NCBI GenBank assembly: GCA_051439505.1
Contig: JBFRWI010000075.1
Span: 1 to 16,053, forward strand
Direction: 5' to 3'
Source of the DNA: Hormoscilla sp.
GTDB taxonomy: Bacteria; Cyanobacteriota; Cyanobacteriia; Cyanobacteriales; Desertifilaceae
DNA length: 16,053 bases
This document shows positions 1 to 8,505 of the stretch, in pieces. Numbering within the stretch: the stretch's first letter is position 1; the number at the start of each line of letters is the position of its first letter. The position numbers and the translations under genes are program-made. Under the pieces are notes generated by a model, which saw only the letters and a program-made list of their open reading frames with translations, was not told the origin of the DNA and searched no databases.

Positions 1-69
1 AATGTAGCAACAATCTCTATTCCGGAACTCATTGAACAAATTGAGCCTCTAGTTCCACCCCCATCATAA
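1..69 (+). CDS. 3' end (partial) of a probable HepT-like/DUF86 HEPN toxin of an MNT-HEPN toxin-antitoxin pair
   Basis: Frame 1 reads NVATISIPELIEQIEPLVPPPS* with TAA at 67-69. This resembles the usual C-terminal 'W..v...lP.L...le.l.p' tail of DUF86 proteins. Only 22 residues are visible. Confidence 0.5.
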   Translation, partial: NVATISIPELIEQIEPLVPPPS

Positions 70-106
70 TTGTGAGGGAAAATCAGGCGATCGCACCCCC
101 GAGAGG

Positions 107-310
107 GCGATCGCATGTGGTTGGGGCACAGAGTTAATGGGCGATCGCATTTTTTTCTGACCAGTATGGTAGGTGTACAGCGCCAGCGTATCCATAAATC
201 AGGATATACACTGCAAATTAATCTATCGCCGTACACCGGTGCGACAGAAGCGATCTGTTAGGTGACATAAAATTCGCGATCGCCCATGTGGCCGGGGCAC
301 AAAGCAGTTA
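107..310. repeat. HIP1-anchored imperfect direct repeats flanking an internal inverted repeat
   Basis: GCGATCGC-ATGTGGTTGGGGCACAGAG at 107 versus GCGATCGC-CCATGTGGCCGGGGCACAAAG at 276. Internal IR GGTGTACAGCG (172-182) / CGCCGTACACC (227-237), 1 mismatch. Confidence 0.6.
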
Positions 311-393
311 CATTTTCATCTTCACCGATAATTGATTATTGACTCAATTAGCGGTAAGCTAAGAAAATAGACCAATATCCCACCAACACGGCC

Positions 394-825
394 ATGTTCA
401 AACGAGTCATCATCGGAATATCCAGCCTCTTACTTATCTTCAGCTGGACCCCAGACGCCTTAGCACTCGTGCCCATTAAACTAACCGACCTATCATACCA
501 CGAATGTCCAGCAGAACCAGACTCAGGTAGCTTTACCACCAGTGACGGTTCCGGTAATGCCGCCAATTGCTATATCGTCACCGGTACAGCCGTTAACAAA
601 TCTCGAAAAACAGTCTATGATGCTGATATTCGCGGTCGCATCTACGACGCCAACGATAATGATGTCTTGCCCAACCGGACTCGTCTAGGTTCTATAGATG
701 AGGTTCCCGCAGGAGAAAGCAAGTTTGAAATGCAGATCTCAGTACCTGCCAATTTAGCAACTCCCCTGAAGTTAAAACAGTTCAAAGCATCCGGTTCCCG
801 GAACCCAGTCAGTCTCCATTTTTAA
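394..825 (+). CDS. Conserved cyanobacterial exported hypothetical protein (signal peptide, Ig-like beta domain with FxLYD-like 'GRIYDAN' motif)
   Basis: 143 aa ORF with a basic/hydrophobic N-terminus and an ALA cleavage-like site, two Cys, and a beta-rich body (IVTGTAVN...GRIYDAND...FEMQISV). Confidence 0.8.
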   Translation: MFKRVIIGISSLLLIFSWTPDALALVPIKLTDLSYHECPAEPDSGSFTTSDGSGNAANCYIVTGTAVNKSRKTVYDADIRGRIYDANDNDVLPNRTRLGSIDEVPAGESKFEMQISVPANLATPLKLKQFKASGSRNPVSLHF

Positions 826-874
826 TTACGCCATGGGATCATCATGCCCGTGACAACCACAAGCAGGTAAAAAT

Positions 875-920
875 GTAGGGGCGTATCATGGGGCAACAAG
901 AAGCCCAATGATACGCCCCT
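875..920. repeat. GTAG-family REP-like palindrome between convergent genes
   Basis: GTAGGGGCGTATCAT...ATGATACGCCCCT: a GTAG tetranucleotide overlapping a 13-bp perfect stem (AGGGGCGTATCAT/ATGATACGCCCCT). Confidence 0.75.
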
Positions 921-946
921 TGGGACTTTCCCCTCGCGATCGAGAA

Positions 947-1216
947 CTAGAAAGCGATGCTTCTAGACATACCCACCACCAGTTGTTGCACAAACTGGAG
1001 GAGGAAAATAGCCAGGATCGGGGAAATATCAATACCACCTATCGGCGGAATGATCGAACGGAACAGGTTCAGGTAAGGGTCCGTTAACTGGCTGAGAATA
1101 GAAAAGGGCGGGTCAAACCAGTTGATATTCGGGAACCAGCTTAACAGGATCCGAATGATCAACAGCACAAAATATATTTGCAGAAAACTGCCAATTGTGG
1201 TAATCAGTAAATACAT
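947..1216 (-). CDS. ycf19: YggT/YlmG (Ycf19) family membrane protein
   Basis: Motifs IRILLSWFP, LTDPYLNLFRSIIPPIGGIDISPILA are characteristic of YggT/YlmG. Confidence 0.93.
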   Translation of the reverse strand: MYLLITTIGSFLQIYFVLLIIRILLSWFPNINWFDPPFSILSQLTDPYLNLFRSIIPPIGGIDISPILAIFLLQFVQQLVVGMSRSIAF

Positions 1217-1328
1217 AGGAGTATTGTGGCTTTCTCGTGACTCGACGGTAGTTAGACTGATCTCTAATTTAACCGATTCTGAGCCGATCGGCTCAGACTG
1301 CTAGCTAGCCCTTAACTGCCAGAGAGTG

Positions 1329-1676
1329 CTAAAACCTCTCTCCTGAGTTAGGTTGACCCGAGAGTTCTTGTTCTCCCTGGCGATTACCATTGACATGACC
1401 CAGTTGCAGACGCACATCGTCGATCGCCTCATTCAGTTGAGCAATTTTCTCATCCAGGCTGTGACCTGCAGTTTGCATCCTCATGCGATCGCCCTTGGGC
1501 AGTTTCTGCCTAGAAGGTTTACTGGGTAAGGTTTCCGGACTAGGATCGTCTTCTGGCAAATTTGACAAGGCATCGAGATCCCGCCGGGAAACTAATAGGG
1601 CCCCCACCAGGCCACCGATAATGCCCCCGATCGCCGATCCTAGGAGAAAGCCGCTGGAAAAATTATCTTGGCTCAT
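1329..1676 (-). CDS. Conserved cyanobacterial hypothetical protein (N-terminal Gly-rich TM anchor, C-terminal coiled coil; YtxH-like)
   Basis: Likely start is ATG at 1676 or 1679 (MSQDNFSSGFLLGSAIGGIIGGLVGALL), not 1796, which overlaps upp. C-terminal SLDEKIAQLNEAIDDVRLQL is a coiled coil. Lies between upp and yggT on the same strand. Confidence 0.8.
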   Translation of the reverse strand: MSQDNFSSGFLLGSAIGGIIGGLVGALLVSRRDLDALSNLPEDDPSPETLPSKPSRQKLPKGDRMRMQTAGHSLDEKIAQLNEAIDDVRLQLGHVNGNRQGEQELSGQPNSGERF

Positions 1677-1746
1677 CATTTTCATACCAGGCAATACTAT
1701 GTATCTAGCATAACCATTCACTGCCCCATCGGCCAATCCCCGAGCG

Positions 1747-2400
1747 CTAACCCGTACCAAACGCCCGATCGCCCGCATCCCCCAGTCCCGGGACAATATA
1801 GCCCCGATCGTTCAAACCCTCATCAATACAAGCGCTGTAAACCTGTAAACTCGGATAAGCCTGACTCAGCTTTTGTAAAGCCTGTGGTGCGGCCACCACA
1901 GAAATAATTCGCACCAAAGCCGGATCCGCCCCTCGCTGGGTCAGTTCCGTCATAGCATAGGCGATCGAACCCCCCGTCGCTAACATCGGTTCGCAGATCA
2001 GCACCCGGGTTTCAGGGGCGATCGCCTCCGGTAACTTATTTAAGTAACAGCTAGGCTGCAAAGTTTCCTCATTGCGGACCAAACCCAGATGGTAAACCGA
2101 GGCCAAGGGCAGCAAAGCTTGGGCCCCATCTAGCAAACCCAACCCGGCCCTGAGAATGGGCACCACTGCTACCGGCACCTCGGGATTAATAAAAGTAGCA
2201 GCACATGCAGTCAAAGGCGTCTGCACCGTACTGTCCACGGTCGCCAACCAATCTCGGGCCGCCTCATAAGTCAGCCAGCGCCCCAACTCCGTCAGCGCCG
2301 TTCTGAATAGTACGGGTGGGGTATTAATATCGCGGGCCACAGCTAGCCAATGCTTAATTAAAGGATGAGGAGGGACGAAAACACGCAGTTGCAGACTCAT
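1747..2400 (-). CDS. upp: Uracil phosphoribosyltransferase
   Basis: HPLIKHWL, VVPILRAGLG, PRPP-binding 'ICEPMLATGGS' and C-terminal GYIVPGLGDAGDRAFGT signature. Confidence 0.97.
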   Translation of the reverse strand: MSLQLRVFVPPHPLIKHWLAVARDINTPPVLFRTALTELGRWLTYEAARDWLATVDSTVQTPLTACAATFINPEVPVAVVPILRAGLGLLDGAQALLPLASVYHLGLVRNEETLQPSCYLNKLPEAIAPETRVLICEPMLATGGSIAYAMTELTQRGADPALVRIISVVAAPQALQKLSQAYPSLQVYSACIDEGLNDRGYIVPGLGDAGDRAFGTG

Positions 2401-2599
2401 ATGCCTAAAGATGACCGATCGCCACCATCATACCCCCATTCTCGAAAATTGAGAATCGCCTACGCCTTACGCTGACAGTTCAAATAGGGAAAGTATTCTG
2501 GAAAGGAGCAAGAGAATATGGTATATTACCTAGACATTTCGCGGGTTCCCAGCCGAGTCCGCAGGATGGAACGTACTAGATCCTCATACCACATTGCCC

Positions 2600-4105
2600 A
2601 TGCCACCTCATCCCCAACCCGAAAATTGTGATGTCATCGTCATCGGCGCTGGCATCGGCGGACTGGTGACGGCCACCCAACTAGCAGCAAAAGGCGCTCA
2701 AGTCCTCGTCCTCGAAAGCTACCTCATCCCTGGCGGTAGTGCCGGTTACTTTGACAGACAAGGCTATCGCTTTGATGTCGGTGCATCCATGATCTTCGGT
2801 TTTGGCACCCAAGGCACCACCAACCTCCTCACCCGGGCCTTAGCTGCCGTCAATGTCAGCATCGAAACCATTCCCGACCCCGTACAGATCCATTATCACC
2901 TCCCCAACGGCTTAGAGCTGAAAGTACATCGAAATTACGAACAATGGATAGCCGAACTAACTGCCAAATTCCCCCACGAACGCCAAGGAATTCGTCGCTT
3001 TTATGACGAATGTTGGCGAGTATTTAACTGTCTGAACTCAATGGAATTGCTATCCCTAGAAGAACCGCGCTATTTAATGCGAGTCTTTTTTCAGCATCCC
3101 CTAGCATGTCTGGGTTTAGTCAAGTATCTGCCCCAAAATGCTGGAGACATTGCCCGTCGCTATATCAAAGATCCCGAACTATTGCAATTCATCGATATAG
3201 AATGCTATTGTTGGTCGGTAGTCGCCGCCGACCTGACGCCAATGATTAATGCAGGCATGGTATTTTCTGACAGGCATTATGGCGGCATCAACTATCCCCA
3301 AGGGGGCGTAGGACAGATAGCCCAAAAGTTAGTAGCAGGATTGGAAAAAGCCGGGAGTCAAATTCAATACAAGTCGAGAGTGACCCAAATATTGCTGGAC
3401 AAAGGGAAAGCGGTGGGAGTAAAACTCGCGAATGGAAAAATATATCATGCTAAACGCATAGTATCCAATGCTACCCGCTGGGATACCTTTGAAAAGTTAC
3501 TACCTCAGATACCAGCAACAGAAAAGCAATGGCAGCAGCGTTATCAAAAATCACCCAGTTTCCTCAGCTTGCATTTAGGAGTGAAAGCCGAAAAGCTGCC
3601 CCCAGGAACGGAATGTCATCATATTCTTCTGGAAGATTGGAGTGAAATGGCAGCAGAACGGGGAACGCTGTTTGTGTCCATTCCTACCCTGCTGGACCCA
3701 AGTTTAGCCCCAAAAGGATATCATATTATACACAGCTTTACCCCCAGTTGGCTGGAAGAATGGCAAGGGTTGTCAGCGACTGCATATGCTCAGAAAAAAG
3801 CAGCCGCAGCAACAGCAACGATCGATCGCTTAGAGAAGATATTGCCAGGAATCAAAGATGGGTTAGAACATATGGAAGTAGGCACGCCGCGCAGCCATCG
3901 GCGTTTCTTAAATCGGCAGGATGGCACCTATGGTCCCATACCCAGACGGAAGCTATGGGGATTGTTAGGCATGCCCTTTAACCGCACATCTATACCGGGT
4001 CTATACTGCGTAGGAGATAGTACATTCCCGGGACAGGGTTTAAATGCAGTGGCGTTCTCAGGTTTTGCCTGCGCTCATCGGATTGCGGTAGATTTGGGTT
4101 TGTAG
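2600..4105 (+). CDS. crtH: Carotenoid (prolycopene) cis-trans isomerase CrtH/CRTISO
   Basis: FAD-binding [34 protein letters not shown] and [28 protein letters not shown] at 2600 is preferred over TTG at 2594. Confidence 0.93.
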   Translation: MPPHPQPENCDVIVIGAGIGGLVTATQLAAKGAQVLVLESYLIPGGSAGYFDRQGYRFDVGASMIFGFGTQGTTNLLTRALAAVNVSIETIPDPVQIHYHLPNGLELKVHRNYEQWIAELTAKFPHERQGIRRFYDECWRVFNCLNSMELLSLEEPRYLMRVFFQHPLACLGLVKYLPQNAGDIARRYIKDPELLQFIDIECYCWSVVAADLTPMINAGMVFSDRHYGGINYPQGGVGQIAQKLVAGLEKAGSQIQYKSRVTQILLDKGKAVGVKLANGKIYHAKRIVSNATRWDTFEKLLPQIPATEKQWQQRYQKSPSFLSLHLGVKAEKLPPGTECHHILLEDWSEMAAERGTLFVSIPTLLDPSLAPKGYHIIHSFTPSWLEEWQGLSATAYAQKKAAAATATIDRLEKILPGIKDGLEHMEVGTPRSHRRFLNRQDGTYGPIPRRKLWGLLGMPFNRTSIPGLYCVGDSTFPGQGLNAVAFSGFACAHRIAVDLGL

Positions 4106-4138
4106 AACGAGGAGAAGAGCAAAAGTGTGGCAATGATA

Positions 4139-4168
4139 TTGACAAGGGAAAAGGACAGGTGCAATAAT
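4139..4168 (+). promoter_or_regulatory. Putative sigma70-type promoter for the RTX/cadherin-like gene
   Basis: Perfect -35 TTGACA (4139-4144), 18-nt spacer and extended -10 TGcAATAAT (4160-4168), ~115 nt upstream of ATG 4285. Confidence 0.55.
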
Positions 4169-4284
4169 CAACAGTCGCAGAGTACAGTGAGGATTATTGT
4201 AGGTTATTGGGGAAACCCAAAAGCAGAAAAAATAAGGCGCAACTAGCGCGATGCGGATAGAAAAAAACTCAAGGGAGAATATGA

Positions 4285-5694
4285 ATGGCTTTCATTTTGG
4301 ACATTGATGGCGATGGCGAATTAAATGCCCTGACAGATGGCAGGTTGGTGCTGCTAGATCTGTTTGGTCTGTTGGATGAGAATACGGTTGCTAGCTCGAT
4401 CGGTCCGGACGCCACTCGAACTACACTAGCAGATATAGAAGGATACCTCGATAGCATACGTCCCCTGCTGGATATCGATGGCGATGGAGAAGTTGACGCT
4501 CTGAGTGACGGGGTGTTGAACGTGGCCCATCAGATCGAGGTACTGGAGGCTGTCTTACAGAGAGCTGTCAGGGAGGGTGCAGCGAGAACCACATCAGAAG
4601 AGATCGGAGCATACCTGGATTCCTTACAGAACGAACTGCCAGTGGCAGCAGATGATAGTGCCACGATCGCCCTGGGGACAGAGGGGACGATCGCGGTCCT
4701 GGAAAATGATTCGGACCCCGATGGCAACCCCCTGACAATTATTGGGGTGTCCGACCCAGTAGAGGGAAATAATCTCAGCATCAGTGAGAACGGCGACTTT
4801 TTGGTCTATACTCCAGCGGCAGACTTTGCGGGCGAAGATAGTTTGCTCTATACAATCTCTGATGGCAGGGGAGGGACGGCAAGTGCGACAGTAAATGTGA
4901 CAGCGATTACGAATGAGCCTCCGGTAGCTGAAGATGACCAGGCGATCGTGGCTACCGGAGCAAATGCAGAGATATCGGTCTTGGCCAACGACTCGGACCC
5001 CGATGGCGATACGCTGACAATTATCACAGTCGCAGATCCAGAAAACGGTACAGTGGATATCGATGGGGACCGGATAATCTATAGTCCCAATGATGAGTTT
5101 GCTGGCACGGATAGCTTCGCCTACAGTATTAGTGACGGGGTGGCCACGGACACGGCCACAGTGACAGTCACCGTACAGCCAGCGGATCAGCCATTAACTG
5201 GTTCGGATGGAGCAGATGTGCTGATTGGTGATGATAATCTTACCAGTCTGGGGGCGACAGCAGAACAAATAATCGGTGGCGCTGGAGATGATGTTCTAGT
5301 TGGCGGACAGGGTGCCGACCAGTTGACAGGGGGTGCAGGTGCCGATCGGTTTGAGTATTTGAGCTTGGCTGACAGCGGTGCCGACCCAGCAGCTACCTTG
5401 GAAGCAGGGGATAATATTCAAGATTTCGACCCAACCGTTGATACAATTGCCCTATTGTTTGACGTGGCTCCAGGTACGCCAGTTACAGCAGCGGATGTGA
5501 CAATTAACCTGAGTTTCATCAGCAACGGCTTAGCTAGGATTGGGCTTTCTGCTCTCAACACAGAGGATCCTGAGACGGGCGAGCAGTTCCTGCCAGAGCA
5601 ATTTACCATCAGGTTGAACGGTTTGAACAATTTGGAGAATTTCAATTCAGATACTATAGGCGACGAGATCCGCAATGCGATCGTCTTTGCATAG
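4285..5694 (+). CDS. Acidic Ca2+-binding surface protein: two DxDGDG dockerin/EF-hand-like repeats, two cadherin-like/Big_9 Ig domains, RTX nonapeptides; probable type I secretion substrate
   Basis: LDIDGDGELNALTDG and LDIDGDGEVDALSDG; two 'PVA.DD...I.VL.NDSDPDG..LTI....YTP...FAG.DS..Y.ISDG' units; GGAGDDVLV-GGQGADQLT-GGAGADRF. No N-terminal signal peptide. Confidence 0.85.
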   Translation: MAFILDIDGDGELNALTDGRLVLLDLFGLLDENTVASSIGPDATRTTLADIEGYLDSIRPLLDIDGDGEVDALSDGVLNVAHQIEVLEAVLQRAVREGAARTTSEEIGAYLDSLQNELPVAADDSATIALGTEGTIAVLENDSDPDGNPLTIIGVSDPVEGNNLSISENGDFLVYTPAADFAGEDSLLYTISDGRGGTASATVNVTAITNEPPVAEDDQAIVATGANAEISVLANDSDPDGDTLTIITVADPENGTVDIDGDRIIYSPNDEFAGTDSFAYSISDGVATDTATVTVTVQPADQPLTGSDGADVLIGDDNLTSLGATAEQIIGGAGDDVLVGGQGADQLTGGAGADRFEYLSLADSGADPAATLEAGDNIQDFDPTVDTIALLFDVAPGTPVTAADVTINLSFISNGLARIGLSALNTEDPETGEQFLPEQFTIRLNGLNNLENFNSDTIGDEIRNAIVFA

Positions 5695-5740
5695 GCCCTA
5701 GGGCCCGCCCGGATATGGGCAGTTAAAAATCTATCTGCAC

Positions 5741-5768
5741 AAAAAAACCCGCCCAGGCGGGTTTTTTT
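5741..5768. terminator. Bidirectional intrinsic terminator shared by the RTX-like gene (+) and 6S RNA (-)
   Basis: AAAAAAACCCGCC-CA-GGCGGGTTTTTTT: GC stem flanked by A7 and T7 tracts. Confidence 0.9.
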
Positions 5769-5771
5769 GTC

Positions 5772-5941
5772 AAACGGATACCCCCTCCGACGTGAGGGAA
5801 GTAGTTCGACCTTAGACTGTCGAGCTTACGTTTCTGCGGTAGAATACGGATGTTACTCAGTATCATCTCTGTGAATAAGTACCTATTCAATCTGGTATGG
5901 CGCTTTGCAATTGAAGGCTCCTTGAGTCCCGCCATCCGCCT
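5772..5941 (-). ncRNA. ssaA: 6S RNA (cyanobacterial SsaA/6Sa)
   Basis: Minus strand reads GGCGGAU...AUUGCAAAGCGCCAUACCAGAU...ACAGAGAUGAUACUGAGUAACAUCCG...GGUCGAACUACUUCCCUCACG...AUCCGU. These segments match cyanobacterial 6S RNA as I recall it, and the 5' GCGGAU pairs with the 3' AUCCGU. There is an upstream -10-like TATTGT (5948-5953, minus) and a terminator directly downstream. Ends are approximate. Confidence 0.85.
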
Positions 5942-6184
5942 TAGGGGACAATAGCCTTGATAGATATACGTATATTTACGACTCAGATTTACACAAAAAT
6001 CCGGATTTCGTCATTTGCATGTGTTAATCTATAATTAAGATGAGTTTCCAGGCTATCTACACTCGCACATGTGAGCTACGTGAGTGGCAGGGCCAAGCAT
6101 AGCCACAAGCATAACAGCTATGTATGTGCGATCGCCTAAGAGATTGTCCTTGAAGAAATGTCGTTTAATAGAGGAGTGGAGAAT

Positions 6185-6382
6185 ATGTGGGAAAAACTAA
6201 TATTATCTTTGATCGTTACCATGATATTACAACTACAGCTAGCTGTCAAGTCGGAGACTCTGAGCCCGAAAATGCCAGGGAGCGAGCAAGTTACCAATCA
6301 TGAGATGATAAGAGAAATTGCCAACCGAAACCTAGAAGATGTGCTGAGGTGGTTAAAGCAAAAGAAAACAATGTTGAATTGA
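6185..6382 (+). CDS. Small hypothetical protein with hydrophobic N-terminus (signal/TM)
   Basis: ATG at 6185 preceded by GGAG-rich RBS (GAGGAGTGGAGAAT). MWEKLILSLIVTMILQLQLAV is hydrophobic. Alternative start at 6158. Confidence 0.6.
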   Translation: MWEKLILSLIVTMILQLQLAVKSETLSPKMPGSEQVTNHEMIREIANRNLEDVLRWLKQKKTMLN

Positions 6383-6397
6383 ATGGGGCAAATTGTT

Positions 6398-6440
6398 AAT
6401 TGCTAATGACTAAGGTCGAAGCAATTAGCCATTAGCAATT
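6398..6440. terminator. Inverted repeat of heptamer-like (STRR-type) units between convergent genes; possible terminator/stabilising hairpin
   Basis: AATTGCTAATGACTAA (6398-6413) / TTAGCCATTAGCAATT (6425-6440), 1 mismatch. Confidence 0.55.
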
Positions 6441-6460
6441 AGGGCATCATCAAGCATAAA

Positions 6461-8320
6461 TTATTTGGCGGCGATCTTAAACCGATAAGAAATTGGCTGT
6501 CTGCTGTTGTTAATCATGACAAACTGATAGATACCTGTTTCCGGCAGTATAGTAGACCAGGAGGTTTTAGGGGAGTCCGCTAATAAGGGATCGCCATCGG
6601 CAGTTTGGGGATAAATAGACAGGCGGGTGGTCCCAGAGGGGTCCGCTTGCAGATAGACTTGCAAAAGTTGACTTTGACCGAGACTGGCGGTGAAGATTTT
6701 CCCGGCGCCGGGTGTCAGGGTGCCCGCAACTTGCTTGCTTTCGGCATTGAGGGCAAATTCGATTTTTTCGACCCGATTTGCTATGGTAGAGACTAGGTCG
6801 GAGGCGATCGCCTGCCAAACCTGACCGAAGGGATGTTTTTGAAAGGCGACAGCATTGTCAAACCGATCGAGGGGCGAAAAACCAAACAAATGCTCGAACC
6901 TAGCATCGGTTAAATCGTTCAGAGCCAAGTTGCTGATGTTATACTGAGCGAGTGTAGCCTGCCAGCTACTAAGATCGGCCTGGGTGTAATTTCCCATCTG
7001 GCGGCGGGCCCGATCGCTGATGCTTTCCAACTTATTCAAAGATGCCTCTGCAATTGTATACCACTGGGCTCGTAACTGAGCATCGGATGGTTTGGACGTC
7101 AGTTGACGACTATTTAATTGGGGGTTTTTATCGTAGAATTGCTGGTTGACTAAATCGCTGAAAAAAGAGTTGTTAATGTTTAAGGATAAACGGCGATCGC
7201 GCAGTCTTTGTTGGCGCCGCTGTTCGGATGAGGATATAGCTGTTTGATGTGGTTCGGAACCGCCAGTGCGGGTATTGATCCAAGCATTACGGGCCCAGAG
7301 GCCAACAAAAACGATATTAGCAAGCAGAAAACCAAAGAGCAAGAATTGCCTCAAACTGAACTGACTGAGAACCCCAGCGGTAGTGATGTTCCTAGCAGCA
7401 TAGGGGGATCTGGAGGCGGTAGCAGGAGTAACGGGAGGTGGCGCGGTGGCGGTGAGAGAATTGGGGGCGGGATGCTGCTTGAGGACTTCCTTTACGGCCC
7501 GGGCATTGGCGGGGCGATCGCCCGGTAATTCGGCCAGCATGTGGTTCAAAAGATCGGATAAATGGGGGCTAATATTCACCTGTGAGTGCCAATTCCATTG
7601 TAGAGTATCGGGGTGCATCAGTGCTTGAGGTTCCTTCCCTGTCAGCAACACCAGACAGGTAGCGGCCAGGGCATGTAGGTCGCTGCGAGGAGAGACTATC
7701 CCCATTTGCATTTGTTCGTTAGGGGCATATCCAGATTTTCCCAGCAGGGTGAGTGGTGCATTAGGATTGACTCCCGAGGAGACCTTGGCCGCCACTTGCT
7801 TGACGCCACCAAAATCAATCAGCACGGGTAGCTGGTCGGAGTGCCGTAAAATTAAATTTTCCGGGGATATGTCTCTGTGAATTACACCTTTGGAGTGAAT
7901 GTACTCTAACACGGGCAATAGTTGCATTAGCAGTTGTCTGACCTCAGTCTCATTAAAGCAGAGTCCCCGACTTTTACGGGCGGTCAGCAACTCTCGGTAG
8001 CTTTGACCCTCGGCATAATCCTGCACTAGAAACAGTAACTCGACAGTACCATTTTTCACTCGGAACATCTCTCGGAAGCGAGGAATCTGGGGATGTTGCA
8101 GTTGATAGAGGACTCCAGCTTCCCGGTCAAAAAGTTCGGAGGCTTTTTGCAGGGCGTTGGGAGTTTGCACCTTGGGGGCAAATTGCTTGAGTACGCAGAG
8201 TTCACCGAAGCGATTGGTATCTTCAGCTAGATAGGTGCGGCCAAAGCCACCATGCCCCAACTCGCGGACGATGCGGTAGCGATCGCTCAAGATGGATCCT
8301 GGATAGATAGGACTGTTCAT
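6461..8320 (-). CDS. Hanks-type (Pkn2) membrane Ser/Thr protein kinase with single TM and extracytoplasmic C-terminal region ending in a PPC-like beta domain
   Basis: LGHGGFGRTY, CVLK, HRDISPEN, DFG, GYAPNEQ; a Pro/Ala/Thr linker; TM FLLFGFLLANIVFVGLW. Confidence 0.93.
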   Translation of the reverse strand: MNSPIYPGSILSDRYRIVRELGHGGFGRTYLAEDTNRFGELCVLKQFAPKVQTPNALQKASELFDREAGVLYQLQHPQIPRFREMFRVKNGTVELLFLVQDYAEGQSYRELLTARKSRGLCFNETEVRQLLMQLLPVLEYIHSKGVIHRDISPENLILRHSDQLPVLIDFGGVKQVAAKVSSGVNPNAPLTLLGKSGYAPNEQMQMGIVSPRSDLHALAATCLVLLTGKEPQALMHPDTLQWNWHSQVNISPHLSDLLNHMLAELPGDRPANARAVKEVLKQHPAPNSLTATAPPPVTPATASRSPYAARNITTAGVLSQFSLRQFLLFGFLLANIVFVGLWARNAWINTRTGGSEPHQTAISSSEQRRQQRLRDRRLSLNINNSFFSDLVNQQFYDKNPQLNSRQLTSKPSDAQLRAQWYTIAEASLNKLESISDRARRQMGNYTQADLSSWQATLAQYNISNLALNDLTDARFEHLFGFSPLDRFDNAVAFQKHPFGQVWQAIASDLVSTIANRVEKIEFALNAESKQVAGTLTPGAGKIFTASLGQSQLLQVYLQADPSGTTRLSIYPQTADGDPLLADSPKTSWSTILPETGIYQFVMINNSRQPISYRFKIAAK

Positions 8321-8505
8321 AGCATAAACAAAATGAAACCTACAGTTGGAAAGATCGAGGCAGGAAATATCAAATCGGGAAGAGGACGACTCAGGAGGGC
8401 TCGGCTCTCCCCTAGGACTTGACTAATAGCCATCTTCATAGTATCTAATAGTAGAAACTGCCTTCTTGATTATTTAAGCTGCCCCTACCTGAGGCGGTTT
8501 TTGCC

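Noticed and set aside
1677..1796. N-terminal extension of the 155-aa ORF overlapping upp
   Set aside because: TTG start inside upp; the protein-like sequence begins at Met 1679/1676.
4154..4164. GACAGGTGCAA identical to 11023-11033
   Set aside because: An 11-bp match lacking the GTTGC arm and GAT end, better explained as part of a promoter spacer or chance.
5723..5935. 70-aa ORF on the minus strand
   Set aside because: Coincides with 6S RNA and runs through its terminator.
7855..7885. HRDISPEN (Ser in place of Lys) as evidence of a pseudokinase
   Set aside because: The HRDIS variant is familiar in cyanobacterial Pkn2-type kinases, and the other catalytic motifs are intact.
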